Origin: Octopus bimaculoides | Taxonomy: Eukaryota | NCBI RefSeq assembly: GCF_001194135.2 | Contig: NC_068987.1 | Location: 105,100,491-105,164,490 of the forward strand | Reading direction: 5' to 3' | DNA length: 64,000 bases | Shown here: positions 1 to 13,349 of the stretch, one piece after another | Layout: every line of letters starts with the position of its first letter | Position numbering within the stretch: the stretch's first letter is position 1 | The notes under the pieces: generated by a model | What the model was told of the DNA's origin: nothing | What the model saw: only the letters and a program-made list of their open reading frames with translations | Databases searched by the model: none | Translations under genes and position numbers: made by a program

Positions 1-370
1 TGCCACTTGCACGTAAATTTCACGAGCAGGCTGTTCCATTGATCGGATCAACTGCAACCCTCGACGTCGTAAGCGACGGAGTGCCAACAACAACAACATC
101 CAACAAAATAATCTGAATGCTAAAGGGTTAACATTAGCGTAAAATAAGGCCCAATGTTTTTGGATGCCTTGCTGCAAACAGTATGTTGAAAGGGTGGGTG
201 GGAGCAAGGTTGTATTGAAACTTCGTGTGACAAGTGTGGAAGTTGTTTCATGAGTTGAGAGTGAAGTTCCTTTCTAACGTCCACTTATACAATGGATGTA
301 TGTACGGTTGAATCATATATACTGTAGTGTGAGATGGTAAAGACTATTGACATCTGTGCATGTGATGCTT

Positions 371-635
371 CATCATCATCATCATCATCATTTAACATCC
401 GTTTTCCATGCTGGCATGGGTTGGATGGTTCGCCTGGGGACTGGCAAGCCAGGATACCGCACCAGGCTTCAATCTGATCTGGTTGTGTTTCTACAGCTAG
501 ATGCCCTTCCTAACGCCAGCCACTCTGAGAGTGTAGTGGGTGCTTTTTACATGCCACCAGCACATAAAAAGGCAGTACTGGCATTGGCCATGTTCAGATG
601 GTACTTTTTACGTGCTACCGGCACAGGAGCCAGTC
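371..635 (-). mobile_element. RTE 3'-UTR copy (family B)
   Basis: (CAT)n tail, common 3' UTR and two units. Other copies at ~3070-3300 (-), 7940-8095 (+), 16815-16995 (+), 17410-17560 (+), 20215-20461 (+) and 25785-26105 (-). Confidence 0.85.
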
Positions 636-860
636 GGGGTGGAGAGGCTGGTTTATAGTCTACATATACACAGCATATATGAATTAAAGCAAGTGTGCAA
701 CAGGACCCCACTTTGTGAAATTCCTGTCATGTGTAATTTTGGTTTGGAATGAGTCCCTTCAAATCACTCAAAAGCCTTGTCACTTTGATGAATTAAATAT
801 TTATTTGATGACTGCATTAATAACATTTGTGCACAGAGTTTGTCAAATAGAGTGTATATT

Positions 861-1241
861 CTTTTATTCATTTCAGTCATCTGACATTGGCCATGCTGCA
901 GCACTACCTTTTTAGTCAAACAAATTGACTCCAGGACTTATTCTTTGGAAGCCTAGTACTTAGTCTATTGGCCTCTTTTGCTGAACCGCTAAGTTATGGG
1001 GATGTAAAAACACCAACATTGGTTGTCAAGCGATGATAGGGGGACAAACACAGACAGACACACACACACACATATATATATACGATGGGCTTCTTTCAGT
1101 TTCCGTCTACCAAATCCACTCACAAGGCTTTGATTGACCCGAGGCTATAGTAGAAGACACTTGCCCAAGGTGCTACGCAGTGGGACTGAACCCGGAACCA
1201 CGTGGTTGGTGAGCAAGCTACTTATCACACAGCCACTCCTA
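861..1241 (-). mobile_element. Family-A SINE
   Basis: Full-length match to the 34461 copy. Confidence 0.88.
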
Positions 1242-2381
1242 CTTCATTAATGTTAAATGCTATTGAGTGTTTTTAGGAAATTCTTCATTGAAACTTTCTG
1301 TGGCACTTGTGACAGTATTAAGTAGAATAGTTGTGTCTGTGTTTGAAACTGTGTTGATGTAATATAACTATTTTCAAGTGTTTTGGCATTGGGTGAAACG
1401 AGCAACCTATGTTGGGAGTTTTCTGTGGTTAGAATATAGGTTATTCCTTGCCTAGTTTCCATGTATAAGACATGATGTTTGTGATTTGTTGAAGGTTAAT
1501 GTGCGGAAAATCACTGCTAAGAGTTTGAGGTGTCTGATGTTTATGTGGCATGGCGGAATTATTGTTGTTGCTTGATTGTATGGATAGTCTTGTTTGTTGC
1601 GATCCTGATGTGTGTAGTGAGCAGATATTTTAGTATATTTGTGAATACATTTATTTTGTTTATTAGTTTTATACATTGCAGTTCTGATGAATTGTTTTTT
1701 AATGCTGTTACCCTTTTCTTCATGTTTTGTAGATGTTTTGAAATTGACTTGTAGTTCTGCTTGTTTGTTGAGAGAATTAAGTACACGGCTCGCCAGAATA
1801 ATGCTGTATATTTGGGATTCGAGTTGTTGAGTACATGTCTTTTCCACAGGACCATTTTGTGCTGTTGTATGGCAGTCATTCACAGACATCCCAGTTGAGG
1901 CCCTTCAGCACTTTAGCTGCTCTCATCTACAAGAAGATAACTCTGTACAAATGCTGCATCCTGGTAACTACTAAGTTTGTGGCATTTGTTGCATCAGACA
2001 AACACAAATTTGCAGAACAAGCACATGGGACTGGTTCTGCACAAACCATCCACACTATAATGATATTCATTGAGCAGGTTGTTCAACAAATCAAGACATC
2101 AACATAATACAAAGATATTCTCTTCATAAGCCAGGTGGTGATAGCAAAAGAGGTAACAGGGACAGGTAGAAGATGCTATTGAATGTCTTCAGCTTTGACC
2201 CACTACACCGGCAACCATAGGATGAAAAGAAGAAATTTCAGCTGTGTCTTGTTAAACCCTCATTTGCCAAAGTGATGAGAGAATCCACCAGCATGATAGT
2301 TTAGTCTATTTCTTCATTTAGTGAAAGCAGTGAGATGCATATGACTGACTCTGGTTTTAATCATCTCTGTAAAGTATAGAG

Positions 2382-2424
<43 letters not shown>

Positions 2425-2434
2425 NNNNNNNNNN

Positions 2435-2477
<43 letters not shown>

Positions 2478-4034
2478 AAGAGTGTGTCTCTCTCTCTCTA
2501 GTTTGGATGTTGCCTTTCTGTGTGTGCAATTTGTTTATGAGTGGTACAGCTGTTTTTTACGTAAATCATGTTAAAGTAATGTTGTATATTCTGTGTAGCA
2601 TGTAAGGTTATCCCAGTTGTTTGTAACATTTTTTCATCAATGTCTAGCTATGTGCATATAGGGAGGTGGTTCAAGCTAAGAGATATATGATATAGATATT
2701 CATCAAGATGTGTATTTGTGTTGTATTTTGGGAAAAATCTGGTGAAATTTAGGAACGAAAGTTGGCAACTAGAATTTTGTAAGCCTCATGAAAGGGTCAG
2801 TGTTCAGAATGTTACTTTTAGAGATCATCGTCTATGATCAGGAAGCTGTGATTACCAGAAGTGGGTAGTATATACACATATCTGATAGCATAAAATATAG
2901 ATGGGCATATTGGCTACATCTCAATTTCATATTCAGGAAAAAAGTTTTTAGAGTATTAAAGTATGTAATATAAGCCCAGCTTTATGTACAGGACCCAGGG
3001 TGAGTTTTGTGATATGTTTTTAGGGAATAAAGTGCATCTTATATGCCACTAACATGATCATCAACATTATCATCAACTTTTAATGTCTGTTTTCCATACT
3101 GGCATGGGATGGATGGCTTGAAAAGAACTGGCAAGACCAGAAGCAGCACCAGGTTCCATACTCTGTTTTGGTTTGGTATCTATAAGCTTGATGCCCTTTT
3201 TAATGCCAACCACTTTACAGAGTGTACTGGGTGCTTTTTCCAGAGCACCAGTGCTTTTACATGGCACTGGTACCCACACCAATGCTTTCCACATGGCACC
3301 TTGTTTTTAGAATCTCAATTTTGTTGTAATGGGTGGGTCTCTTTGAGTACAGCAATGCACCACATATCTCAGTCCTCTGTCAGCTCCTGGAATTCGATAT
3401 GGAAATTAGTAAAGTTAGGAGCTGTGTGATGACTTGATTTTCTTTTTTTTGACTGTAATTCATTCCTGCTGTGTTTTAGAGAGGAATGTGTGTATGCTGG
3501 TAAGTGCACAGAGAAATGAAGAATAATGTTGAATCGTATGCTGACAATCTGGTGTTGTATGTCAGTGTTATTTGTACTTCAGTGAAGTGATAGTGTTTCT
3601 GTCATATGTAAATACACTTCTGCCTTGTCTCTCTGTGCACATGGGAATGTTGTTGTTGCTTAGCTCGTTCCCACCTACTGTCCTTCCTTCTTTTTTTCCT
3701 TTTTTTAATATGAGTATGGAGTAAAGCAGCAAACTGGCAGAATCATTACCGCACCAGAAAAAGTGCTTAGTGGTATATCTTCCATCTTCACATTCTGAGT
3801 TCAAATTCTGCTGAGGTCCACTCTGCCCTTCATCCTTTAGAGGTCGATAAATTAAGTACCAATTGAGAACTGGGGTCGATGTAATCAACTTATCCCTTCC
3901 CCCAAAACTGCTGGCATTGTGCCAAAATTTGAAATCAATATGTGTATGGAGTAATTTGAAGAGTATTTGGTTGCTATTCTAGCAGGTTGATCAATCATGG
4001 AGAAAATTCATTATCTCTGGTCCATCTGGTCCTG

Positions 4035-4176
4035 AGGGGGTTTAGTCAAAAATATTGACCCCCACAAGACCTATTCTATCAATCTCTTTTGTCAAACTGC
4101 TAGATATAAGGACATAAACAAACTATCACTAGTTACCAAGAAGTAAGAAAGGAGACAAACACATGCATGTATATAT

Positions 4177-4207
<31 letters not shown>

Positions 4208-4345
4208 AGGCTTCCATACAGTTTCTGTCAACCAAATTCACTCACAAGGTATTGGTCAACCCAGGGCTACAGTAGAAGACCCTTGCCCAAGGTTCCATGC
4301 AGTGAGGCTGAACCTGAAATGAGCTTCTTAGCTACAAATCCATGA
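4035..4345 (-). mobile_element. Family-A SINE, degraded
   Basis: Head, central (CA)n and part of the body are recognisable. Confidence 0.65.
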
Positions 4346-4354
4346 CTCAAGACA

Positions 4355-4510
4355 TGTGAATCGTTCTTGCCTCATTTCCCTGCCACTTTCACACATCTAC
4401 ACCCACATATCACTACCAAGCAGTATCAAACTCTTTACACATACTTCACACCCTGTTGGTCTTTTTGCATGAAGAGAGAAGCTATGCTGCTTACAGAAGT
4501 AACAACACTT
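4355..4510 (-). mobile_element. Possible degraded RTE ORF2 C-terminal fragment
   Basis: VKSLILLGSDMW resembles the RTE VRSxMLHGSETW motif; single short motif only. Confidence 0.3.
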
Positions 4511-4733
4511 CAAACTCCACGTATATTTTTAATACTCAGTCATACACCTTCATACACTAGTATTTATATGCCCCATATCAGTTTGAATTTTGTAAACCAT
4601 GATGTGGTGGAACAACAAATAAACTGTCTTCCATTCTAGGGGCAAACAATAAAAAGTAATTCAGGATAGAGAACTAATCTATAAAGAATTCAAAAGTTTT
4701 ACAACAGAGAGCTTTAAAGATTTGTTAATCTAC

Positions 4734-4814
4734 CTGAGTGAGCTGACAATAAAGGAAGATCAGGCCCTTGCCGACCAGTGCTGTTCAAAGGTAAAATTCC
4801 CAGGGCTCCACCAC
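4734..4814 (-). CDS. CORO7: Coronin-7 third coding exon (GGALGILPLNSTGRQGPDLPLLSAHS-D)
   Basis: cttctcttatttaatttaacag acceptor and CAG|GTAGAT donor; 81 nt, phase 1 to 1, in frame with the previous exon. Matches the coronin GxLGIxPL...AHSD motif that precedes the first WD40 repeat. The next exon was not found inside the window. Confidence 0.93.
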
Positions 4815-5373
4815 CTGTTAAATTAAATAAGAGAAGATTAAAAGAAGCATAAAGATTTGTTAATAACACAGGAAATATATTTCGAATGCAGGTTGATGTA
4901 AAAGTATATAATAATTAGTCAATGGTTTTATGTCTGTTTAGTAGTGAACATATTGATAAACATTTAAGGACAAACATTCTTTTCCTGAGTTAAAATAACT
5001 ATTTATTCGAGATAAAGGATTAAGAGAAAATAGGAATATTGTAAGTTTAAAGCATATTAAAAATATTATTATTCCAAACACAGTGTACCTGGATTCAGGC
5101 TTTCTAAAAGTAATCTCTTTACCATTTATGGTAATATCATGTTTATTATAGCAGAAAGAATGTGTATCCTTTTGTTAAATCTCGAAAGACCTTAAAAAAG
5201 AAATATTTTATATGATGTTTCTTTATTATATTGTTATACTTGAATAATAAAAGATTTAATAGCAGCTTTTTTTTTGTGCGCGTGTGTGTGTGCGCATGTG
5301 TGTGTGTGTGTGTGTGTGTAGTGTGTGCATGTGTGTAGCGTGTGCAGGTGTGTGTGTGTGTAGGGTGTGTGTG

Positions 5374-6674
5374 CAGGGTGTCAAGAGTATTTGAGTACTT
5401 AATTACTTGTATATTACTCTCGTCAAACCAATCAAAAGGTTTTTTATTTCTTTCAATTCCCTAATAGCAGATAAAATATTCACATTAGAAATGAAAAGGC
5501 ATGCAATCATTGCAATCCTCTGCCTGGGGTACAGGGATTTAGAAATTAGCTAACTTCCTAAATGTTACAAGATCTTTTGTACACAAAACTCAGATGGAAT
5601 TGGAAGCCTCTGGCAGGAATATTTCAACTACATTGAAGAGAAAAAGAAAACATTCTACATATTCAATAATGTTTTGTACCTGTTGGATGAATTGCTGTGT
5701 TCTTAGACACTACAAATCATCCAACAGGTACAAACATTATTGATGATGATTCTGAAAAATCAATGAAAGCCATTGCCAAAAAACCTCAGGTGTCAGAGTG
5801 GATCATCAGAATTGTGCTGCACAAGGACATTTCATACAAGTTCTATGTATTGAAGAGAGACCAGTTCATGTCTGCAAGGACACAAGAAAACAATTAGATC
5901 CGTGCCAACTGGTTACCTAACAAGGTTAAAAAACCTCATACCTCAGTTCTTCTCTCATAAGAAAAATTTTGACCAAGACTAAAAATCTGACAGGAGAAAT
6001 GACAAATTGTTGTGTGCAAATTCTTCTGATCTCCCAAGGGTAATGCACACTAAGTTTCCAGCAACTATAACGGTTTTAGGAATGATGAGTAACAAAGGTC
6101 ACATCATGCCATCTCACATCTTTCCACAAAGTCTTAAAATTAATGCGGCTGGATGTTTTGAGGTAGAAGAGAGACTTGCTAAGCACAGGATGGATGAAGT
6201 ACAGAAGGTCCTAAGTGTTTCAACAAGAGTCAGCATCTTCTCACAAAGCCTACATAAACCAAGAATGGATGTCAAATAATCTTTACAATCACATAGCACC
6301 AAACTTGTGGCCTCCAAGCTCACCAGGTTTAAATCTCATGAGCTGTTATGTTTGGAGTATTGTTGAAAAGGTGACGAACTAACATCCTCGCAATGCCATA
6401 GCTTCGTTGAAGGCCATCGCTGCTCAGATGATGTCCAAAATGAAAAAGACCATTCAGTGCAGGCATGTCAACAACTCTGGTCTCATATTTAAGCAATCAT
6501 CAAGGCTGAGGGCAGATTCATAGAATGTTCTTATAACAAAGTTTATCAAGGGCAAGTGCACAAATTTATGTGCATAAATTTGTATTGAAGTACATTTGCT
6601 ATTAAATAGATAATTTTTTAATTAATGAATTTTTTAATTACCAAATATGTCCTAAAAAAACTTCTTGCACCCTG
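5374..6674 (+). mobile_element. Full-length decayed Tc1/mariner DD37D (maT-type) transposon
   Basis: CAGGGTG...CACCCTG termini 1301 bp apart. Transposase remnants KRHAII..EI..FLNVTRSFVHK, SMKAIAK..VSE..IR, FFSHKKNF, TKFPATITVLG, FQQESASSH and WPPSSPGLNLMS. 37 residues between the second and third catalytic positions; many stops and frameshifts. Confidence 0.9.
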
Positions 6675-7699
6675 TGTGTGTGTGTGTGTGTGTGTGTATG
6701 CACGTGCGTTCGTGTGTGTGTATGTTTACACACTAAGCTGCCTATAATAGGGAAAATATCAACAAAATAGAGTGATTTAGCCTTGATAATCTACTCAAAA
6801 ACCCTAACAAAACTACCATGGAAGTAGATAAATAAATGTTGACAATCATTTGTTTTGTAAACATGCACAGAAACTTTTCAGATTATTAAGGGCAAATTAT
6901 TCTGATTTATTTCTAGATTAATTTGTTGATAAAAGAATTATCTACAATAATAAATACTTGACCCAGTTTGGACTTACTATTACTTTGAATAACAAAAAGA
7001 AAAGGTATTTTTATAAACAATGCTATACTAAAAAAAATCAGGTGAATGTCTGAATTTATGACATTAGTTATCACCTGAGTGTATTGATCAGATTAAGAAC
7101 CTCATCTTGTTTCAATGATATATTCACTGATCCTCATCAGGTTTCTAACACATACACACATATATGCAGGTACACACACAGGATAATTATTTGATATTGA
7201 TTTTTGGCATGGATATAATATATTGATTTTTACACTAGCACAAGGCCACCAATTTCTAGGAGAAATTATAAATGATTAAATCAAGTAAACTCCATAACAT
7301 AATTTTATCAATCCTAGAGTGATTAAAGTCCATAAAAGGAGAATTTGAACTCAGAATATGGGATAATATGCCACTTTGTTTACCAGTGTGTCACAATTAT
7401 ATCCACATATGCCTTTTTAGCAATTTCGTTTTTGTATGAGGTTTGCAAGATTCTTTATGTGAATTTGTGTGTTGAAGCATATTTTATTGTGTTTGGGGAG
7501 AGTCATTCTCTTTTGATGCCTCATTTGGACAGAATCAACGACTATTGAAAAGGCTGCAAGTTGTAATGAAAATTTTAGTAAAAAGTAATAAGTAAATGAG
7601 TGAAAATCAGACCGGTGAGTGTGTTGAAGTAATAAGGCACTAAAAGAGAATGACTCTTTTTTAGCAATATTTTCTATCAAATACACATACATATCTTGA

Positions 7700-7880
7700 C
7701 TTTATTTTTATTTGTCTCAGTGATTGGACTGTGACCACGCTGGGGCACCACCTTGAAGGGTTTAGTCAAAGAAATGAACCTTAATACTTATTTATTAAAT
7801 CTGGTACTTATTCAGTCAGTGTCTTTTGCTAAACCACTAAGTTATGGAGATGTAAACAAAGCAACACCATGTTAAATGAA
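7700..7880 (-). mobile_element. Family-A SINE 3' half
   Basis: Matches the body and tail of the 34461 copy. Head-only fragments also at ~8760-8905 (-), 11455-11545 (+), 39290-39420 (-) and 62225-62345 (+). Confidence 0.7.
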
Positions 7881-8147
7881 GGATGAAGGAAGGGACACAT
7901 ACACAAAGACATACACATGCATACATATATATGCACACAATCCACTCTGTTGGGTGGTTGGTGTTAAGAAGGGCATCCAGTCATAAAAACCATGCCAAAA
8001 TAGACACAGAGGTCTGGTGCAGGCTCCAGCCAAACCGTGCAACCCATGCCAGCATGGAGGGTAGACAATAAATGACAATGATGATGAATGAGCTTCTACA
8101 CCATGTCAAGTGAAGAAGGGGACACATACATATGCACACACACATAC

Positions 8148-8735
8148 ATCATCATCATCATCATCGTTTAACGTCCGCATTCCATGCTAGCATGGGTTGG
8201 ACGATTTGACTAAGGACTGGTGAACCAGATAGCTACACCAGGCTCCAATCTAATCTGGCAGAGTTTCTACAGCTGGATGCCCTTCCTAATGCCAACCACT
8301 CCGAGAGTGTAGTGGGTGCTTTTACGTGCCACCGGCAGGAAGGCCAGTCAAGCAGTACTGGCAATGGCCATGCTCAAAATGGTGTTTTTTACGTGCCACC
8401 TGCACAGGAGCCAGTCCAGCGGCACTGGCAACGACCTCGCTCGAATGTCTTTTCACGTGCCACCGGCACAAGTGCCAGGAAAGCGACGCTGGTAACAATC
8501 ACACTCAAATGGTCCTATTTACATGCCACTGGCACGGAAGCCAGACAGCAGCTCTGGCAATGATCACGCTCGGTCAATGCTCGTGCCATCACGATTTCGA
8601 TTTCACATGCCCCAACAGGTCTTAGCAAGCCGAGTTTAGAGTCCAATGAAGAAAAGGTTGGCATGGGGGCCAGCTGTCAAATTTGGTTCGATTTCAATTT
8701 CACTTGCTTCAACAGGTCTTTGCAAGCAGAGCTTA
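8148..8735 (-). mobile_element. RTE 3'-UTR copy (family B) with four minisatellite units
   Basis: (CAT)n tail on +; same 3' UTR as the 13.5-kb LINE; four GTGCCACCGGCAC-type units. Confidence 0.9.
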
Positions 8736-9816
8736 CACACGCATGTATATATTTTCAAAACAATGGGCTTCTACATAGTTTCCTTCTACCAAAGTCACTC
8801 ACAAGGCATTGGTTAGCCCAAGGTTATAATGGATGATGTTAGCACAGTGCTGCACATTGGAGGGAACTAAACCTGAGACCACGTAGTTGCAACCATACCT
8901 GTGCCTATAACATTGATTAACTTGTATATCATTAAACACTGCTAGCATACTAAAGTTAACCTTCCGATCAGTCTACTTAACAACCTTTCTGGTCATCATC
9001 ATGAATGTAATAAACATCCACTTTTCCGTGCTTACATGGGGCAAGCAAAATTTACTGAGGCAATTTTTAATGATCAGATGTCCTTCCTGTCACCAACACT
9101 TACTCGTTTCCAAATAAGGTAATACTTCCCCACGACCAGATATGTTTTCACAGAATATCAGAAATGATGGACACTAATTGCATATGGTGACACTCATTTA
9201 CAACTATCACATAATGTCAAGGCAACAAGACAGCCACACTCAAACACGCAAAATATATACACATGTATCTACAATGGGCTTCTTTCAGTTTCTATTTACC
9301 ATAGTATCAAATATATTCAGTGCACTTAGTTTTGTCAGGAAATGCCTAAGTGGTAATCTGGAAAAGCCAAGGTTTTCAGAAGGAGAAATCAACCAGATAA
9401 CACACACATTACAGATACAAGCTGTCAGCAGAACAGAAAAACTATGTATGACACTACTCAAGTTCAAAATGTGATGTTTTGTTGTCTACATTCCAATGAT
9501 AGAGCTCTATACCTTTGTTAAAAAACCAGCACCTTTCTTCCTTACAGGAAGAATGCAAGTGACTAAAAAAATAAAGAGAACACATACACACACACGTCAT
9601 TAAAGTGTTGGGTGTTTAATCTTATCAACAAGAATATTCATAACAGTAAAAATTTAAAAGATTAGCCATATATAATATATTGAAACATGATGTGATTACA
9701 CAAAAGGTGAGTTTTATAGTCTGATCAATGAAATCTAGTTAAACTGAAAATAGTATGAGACTTTCTTCAGCTACACAACTTGGATTTGATTTGAAGTACT
9801 GTGTCATTTATGTACT

Positions 9817-10234
9817 TTAACCCTTTAGCATTTAAATTAGCCAGATCCAGCCTAAACATTCTACCTGCTTTTTGTTTAAACTGGCCAGATCTGGCCTCTT
9901 ACACTTATCCTATAATGTCATTCTAAAAGCTAAATAATCCCATCATTGAAATCTTGAAGCTTCAAGATAATACAGGATTCAAAATAATATTACTCTGCTT
10001 GGAAGGTAATGATTGGTGACAGGAAGGGTATCCAGCCATAGACTTTCAGCCTGAATAACCTTCATCCATCCCATGCAAGCATGGAAAAGTAGATGTTAAA
10101 ACAATCACAATGATGATTATGAGGTGTCTTCAATAATCAATGAAACACCTTCAGAAATAAAGATAATACAGGATTCAAAATAATGTGGATAAATAAGCAT
10201 TGCATTTGACAGTACAATCTGAATGCTAAAGGGT
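9817..10234 (+). mobile_element. piggyBac-like MITE (TTAA-CCCTTTAGCATT...AATGCTAAAGGG-TTAA) with nested RTE-tail insert
   Basis: TTAA TSD and matching TIRs. The insert at 9989-10159 is flanked by the 25-bp duplication AAGATAATACAGGATTCAAAATAAT. Confidence 0.85.
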
Positions 10235-10269
10235 TAAAGAGAGCATAGGTATGCTAGGTGATAGTCTTT

Positions 10270-11075
10270 CTGTACAATATTCAGTGATGCACTTGGATAC
10301 ATCATTAGTGATTTTTCCTTATGTCATTAGATGTTTCAGGTCTTTCAACATCAGACACCCTCACCCAACATGATCCAGCTGGGGTTGATTCAGCTCCAGC
10401 TTCTATCAAGTTAGCTTTACTCCCTGTTATCACTGCCCCTTCTAAGGCTCACATATCCTAATCCAAAGACACCTTGAGGCAGCCTCCACTACACCCACAG
10501 CCAACCTGATAACCTTTCACCTACTAAGCTTTGTGATGCTAAGCATATTATAAGCACTGCAGAGGGACCGGCCAACAAACCATCAGCATCCCTTTACTTG
10601 TCACCTATTCTTTTGGCATAGCTCAACCTGCTCGGCTCTCATTTACCTCCTCAATGCAGTTCTCCCATGGAACACATTGTTCAGCTCCCAATCTTTTGTT
10701 GTTGAAAGTAGGCCCAATGAGGTGAGCCTCACAGTTAGTGCCTTTACATCAGCCCTGACAAAGGCAATAATCTTATTCAGTGGGCAAAAGCACCCTGCAA
10801 TCACTAATCTCACTTCAGCCAAAACTCAGCCATGCTTCCAGTGATAGCATCCCTCTTCTGGGGTTTTCGGACAACTATTAAGGATGTGCTCCAAGGTTTC
10901 TCTCCTTGGGCACAGTAAAGAAGCTGCTGACACCAACCTTCCCCAACAAAAATTGAATGTACTCAGTAGGACATCAAAAACTGCCTTAATTAGGAATTTT
11001 ATACAGTGGAGCTCTGCTTTCCAATGGTCAGGCCATCAGAAGCACAGCATGAATATTCTCACATTTCTGATATAT
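10270..11075 (-). mobile_element. 3' fragment of a HERO-like RLE non-LTR retrotransposon
   Basis: IKFLIKAVFDVL, LC.RRETLEHILNSCPK..EG.YHWKH (zinc knuckle), GLLSTTKDWEL, VPWENCIEEVNE, FVGRSLCSAY..L.IT and EAASRCLWIR. The LRPD segment is deleted. The 3' UTR matches HERO-type text as recalled. Confidence 0.8.
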
Positions 11076-11192
11076 AGCTGACATAATGACAATACTTTAA
11101 CAAGGTACCAAATGCAAGAGATGCTGAAGCTGCAAAACACAGCATGTAGTAATACAATTGATAAAGAATTAAATATATAATGTCTTGCTTAC

Positions 11193-11292
11193 CTAAATTA
11201 TCTACATTAAATACCATGTAGAAAGAATTTGCCTTGATATGATTCCCAAAAGATTGTAGCAATCGTCCTGTACTGATGTCAGTTATCCAATC
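11193..11292 (-). CDS. CORO7: Coronin-7 second coding exon (DWITDISTGRLLQSFGNHIKANSFYMVFNVDNL-G)
   Basis: ttttcttttattacag acceptor and AG|GTAAGC donor; 100 nt, phase 0 to 1, open frame. Aligns with human CORO7 SWISDIRAGTAPSCRNHIKSSCSLIAFNSDRPG. Confidence 0.93.
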
Positions 11293-13254
11293 CTGTAATA
11301 AAAGAAAATTACAACCAATATTGAAACATCAATTTATTTTCTTGATCTGTGTATTAATTTTAAACATCAAATTTATTTTCTTTATCTAATAGTCACATAT
11401 ATGCCTTTATCTATAGGCACATATATGCCTTTATCTATAGGCACATAAGCACAGATATGGTTGGGCAGTTAAGAAGTTTGCATCCCAACCACATGGATTC
11501 TGGTTCAATCCCAGTGTGGCACCTTGGGCAGGTGTCTTCTATTAAAGCTTCTTTTGATATATAAAACTTATTTTGTTCAGAAAAAATACTATTATGTTTC
11601 TTCCAACTATTACAAGGATATCTTACTTGTACGTTTTAAAAATATCTAAACTGATGATTTTTACAGACTTGTGTAGTAACTATACGGGAAGCAATTTTTC
11701 ATAATCTTAAAATATCTACAACATGAATGATAATGCTGATTATAAACAGATTTTTATATTTGTTAAATTTCAATAGCTAATACGATTTGTAATGGTTTTG
11801 GAGCCACTTTAAAATTCAGATTTAACACAAAGCAAACTTGCAGAACAAGCTTTTATACATCCACATTCCCATTACAGCATTAACTTTTAAATTAGACATA
11901 GGCAAACTTATACGAGATACAAGTTGCATGAGATATGGCTCATTATCACAGGTCAACCTTACTACCAAAAACATTCAAGGCAATTTTTCATTAGGTGTGA
12001 CATTCAAAAAGTTCCACGGGTTTCCCATGACTGCTTTAAACCATGAATCATAATTCTTAGAGATTTCCACCCTAATTCACTGTAACAAATACAGCCTTGC
12101 TCATGATGACAGGAAATATCCTTTTAATTTGGCTTTTTCATTGTCATACTCTGACACATCTTCTCTCCTTTTCCAACTATAGTAACTAGGTATCTAATCT
12201 ACAGCAAGACATCTTCATCTGTCCCTCTATTGCACTTTAACTTTCTATTGCTGGATGCCTTTCCAGTTTCCAACCTTCACCGCTTTCTTATTAAGTTAAT
12301 ATTTCCCTTTAACCAAACATGCTTTCCATTGAAGACTGAAAACAAATGACCTACTACACAATGCTAAGACAAAGACATACACAGACACATACAAACACAC
12401 ACAAGGGGCTTCTTTCAGTTTCCATATATCAAATCCACCACTCACAATAAACTTTGATCAGCCCAGGGCAATAGCAGAGAACACTTTCCCAACATGCTGC
12501 ACAGTGAGACTGGAACCAAAACTACATGTCTGAGAAACCAGCTTCATAACCACATAGCCATGTCTGTACCCAGACTCTCTTGATGTAAAACTTATTGTAA
12601 CATTCATAATACTTTATGATACAGTAAAAGTTGAACTTCTCAACATCTGTTCTTCCTTTATTTCTCATTATTTTCTCCTTTTCTTTTTCTTCTCTTTCCT
12701 GTCTCTTCTGGATCTCTCTAATACCTCTTTCTAATTCTCTGTCATTATTGTTTTCTTGTCGTTCTATCATTATATTTTTTTTTACTTCATCTTTCACTTA
12801 TGTAATTATGCCTTATTTAACCATCAGATTCATATTCATACTTGAATATTCAAATCTTAATATTAATAAATTTACTTTGACTAAATTTAATATTGTATAC
12901 ATCAACCTATAAAATATAAAGGTGTCAGTTACTTCGAATAAGCATTACCAATAAACTATGAAAACAACAGTTAAAATCTTGGTTCTTTTACTGCTATTCA
13001 TATCTTTAGCTCCTGGGTGGTGGATTGGCAAAATCATTAAGATTTCAGACAAAATGCCTTGGGAAATTTAGTTCAGCCGTTCACTTTCTTATTTCAAATA
13101 CCATGAAGGTCATCTGTCTAGAATCATTGAAATAATACAGGAGTTTATTTAATTGACTGCTTCCGCTACCAAAAATTCATTACTTTGTTCCTATAAGAAA
13201 TCATTAGCATTGTTAATTCTATGTGTTGAGTATTTTCCCTCGTGTTTGTATAGT

Positions 13255-13290
<36 letters not shown>

Positions 13291-13349
13291 GCAGTGCATT
13301 GATGAGTATGGATCTCATAAGGGGTAAACATCAAATACAACAAATTCTC

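Noticed and set aside
1250-2300. ORFs of 145, 106 and 90 aa at 1452-2107
   Set aside because: No recognisable domain or splice structure; strand-biased composition suggests an old TE remnant that I cannot classify.
7085-7135. CTGATGA...GAAAC on the minus strand (possible hammerhead)
   Set aside because: Stem II is out of register with the core and no convincing stem I or III forms.
8320-8590. CRISPR-like array of palindromic repeats with ~35-bp linkers
   Set aside because: The linkers are homologous to each other, there are no cas genes, and the same array occurs in the 3' UTR of the RTE LINE. It is a eukaryotic minisatellite.
11397-11445. 24-bp tandem duplication (also 20680-20740 and the 54660-54790 minisatellite)
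   Set aside because: Ordinary slippage repeats with no further structure.
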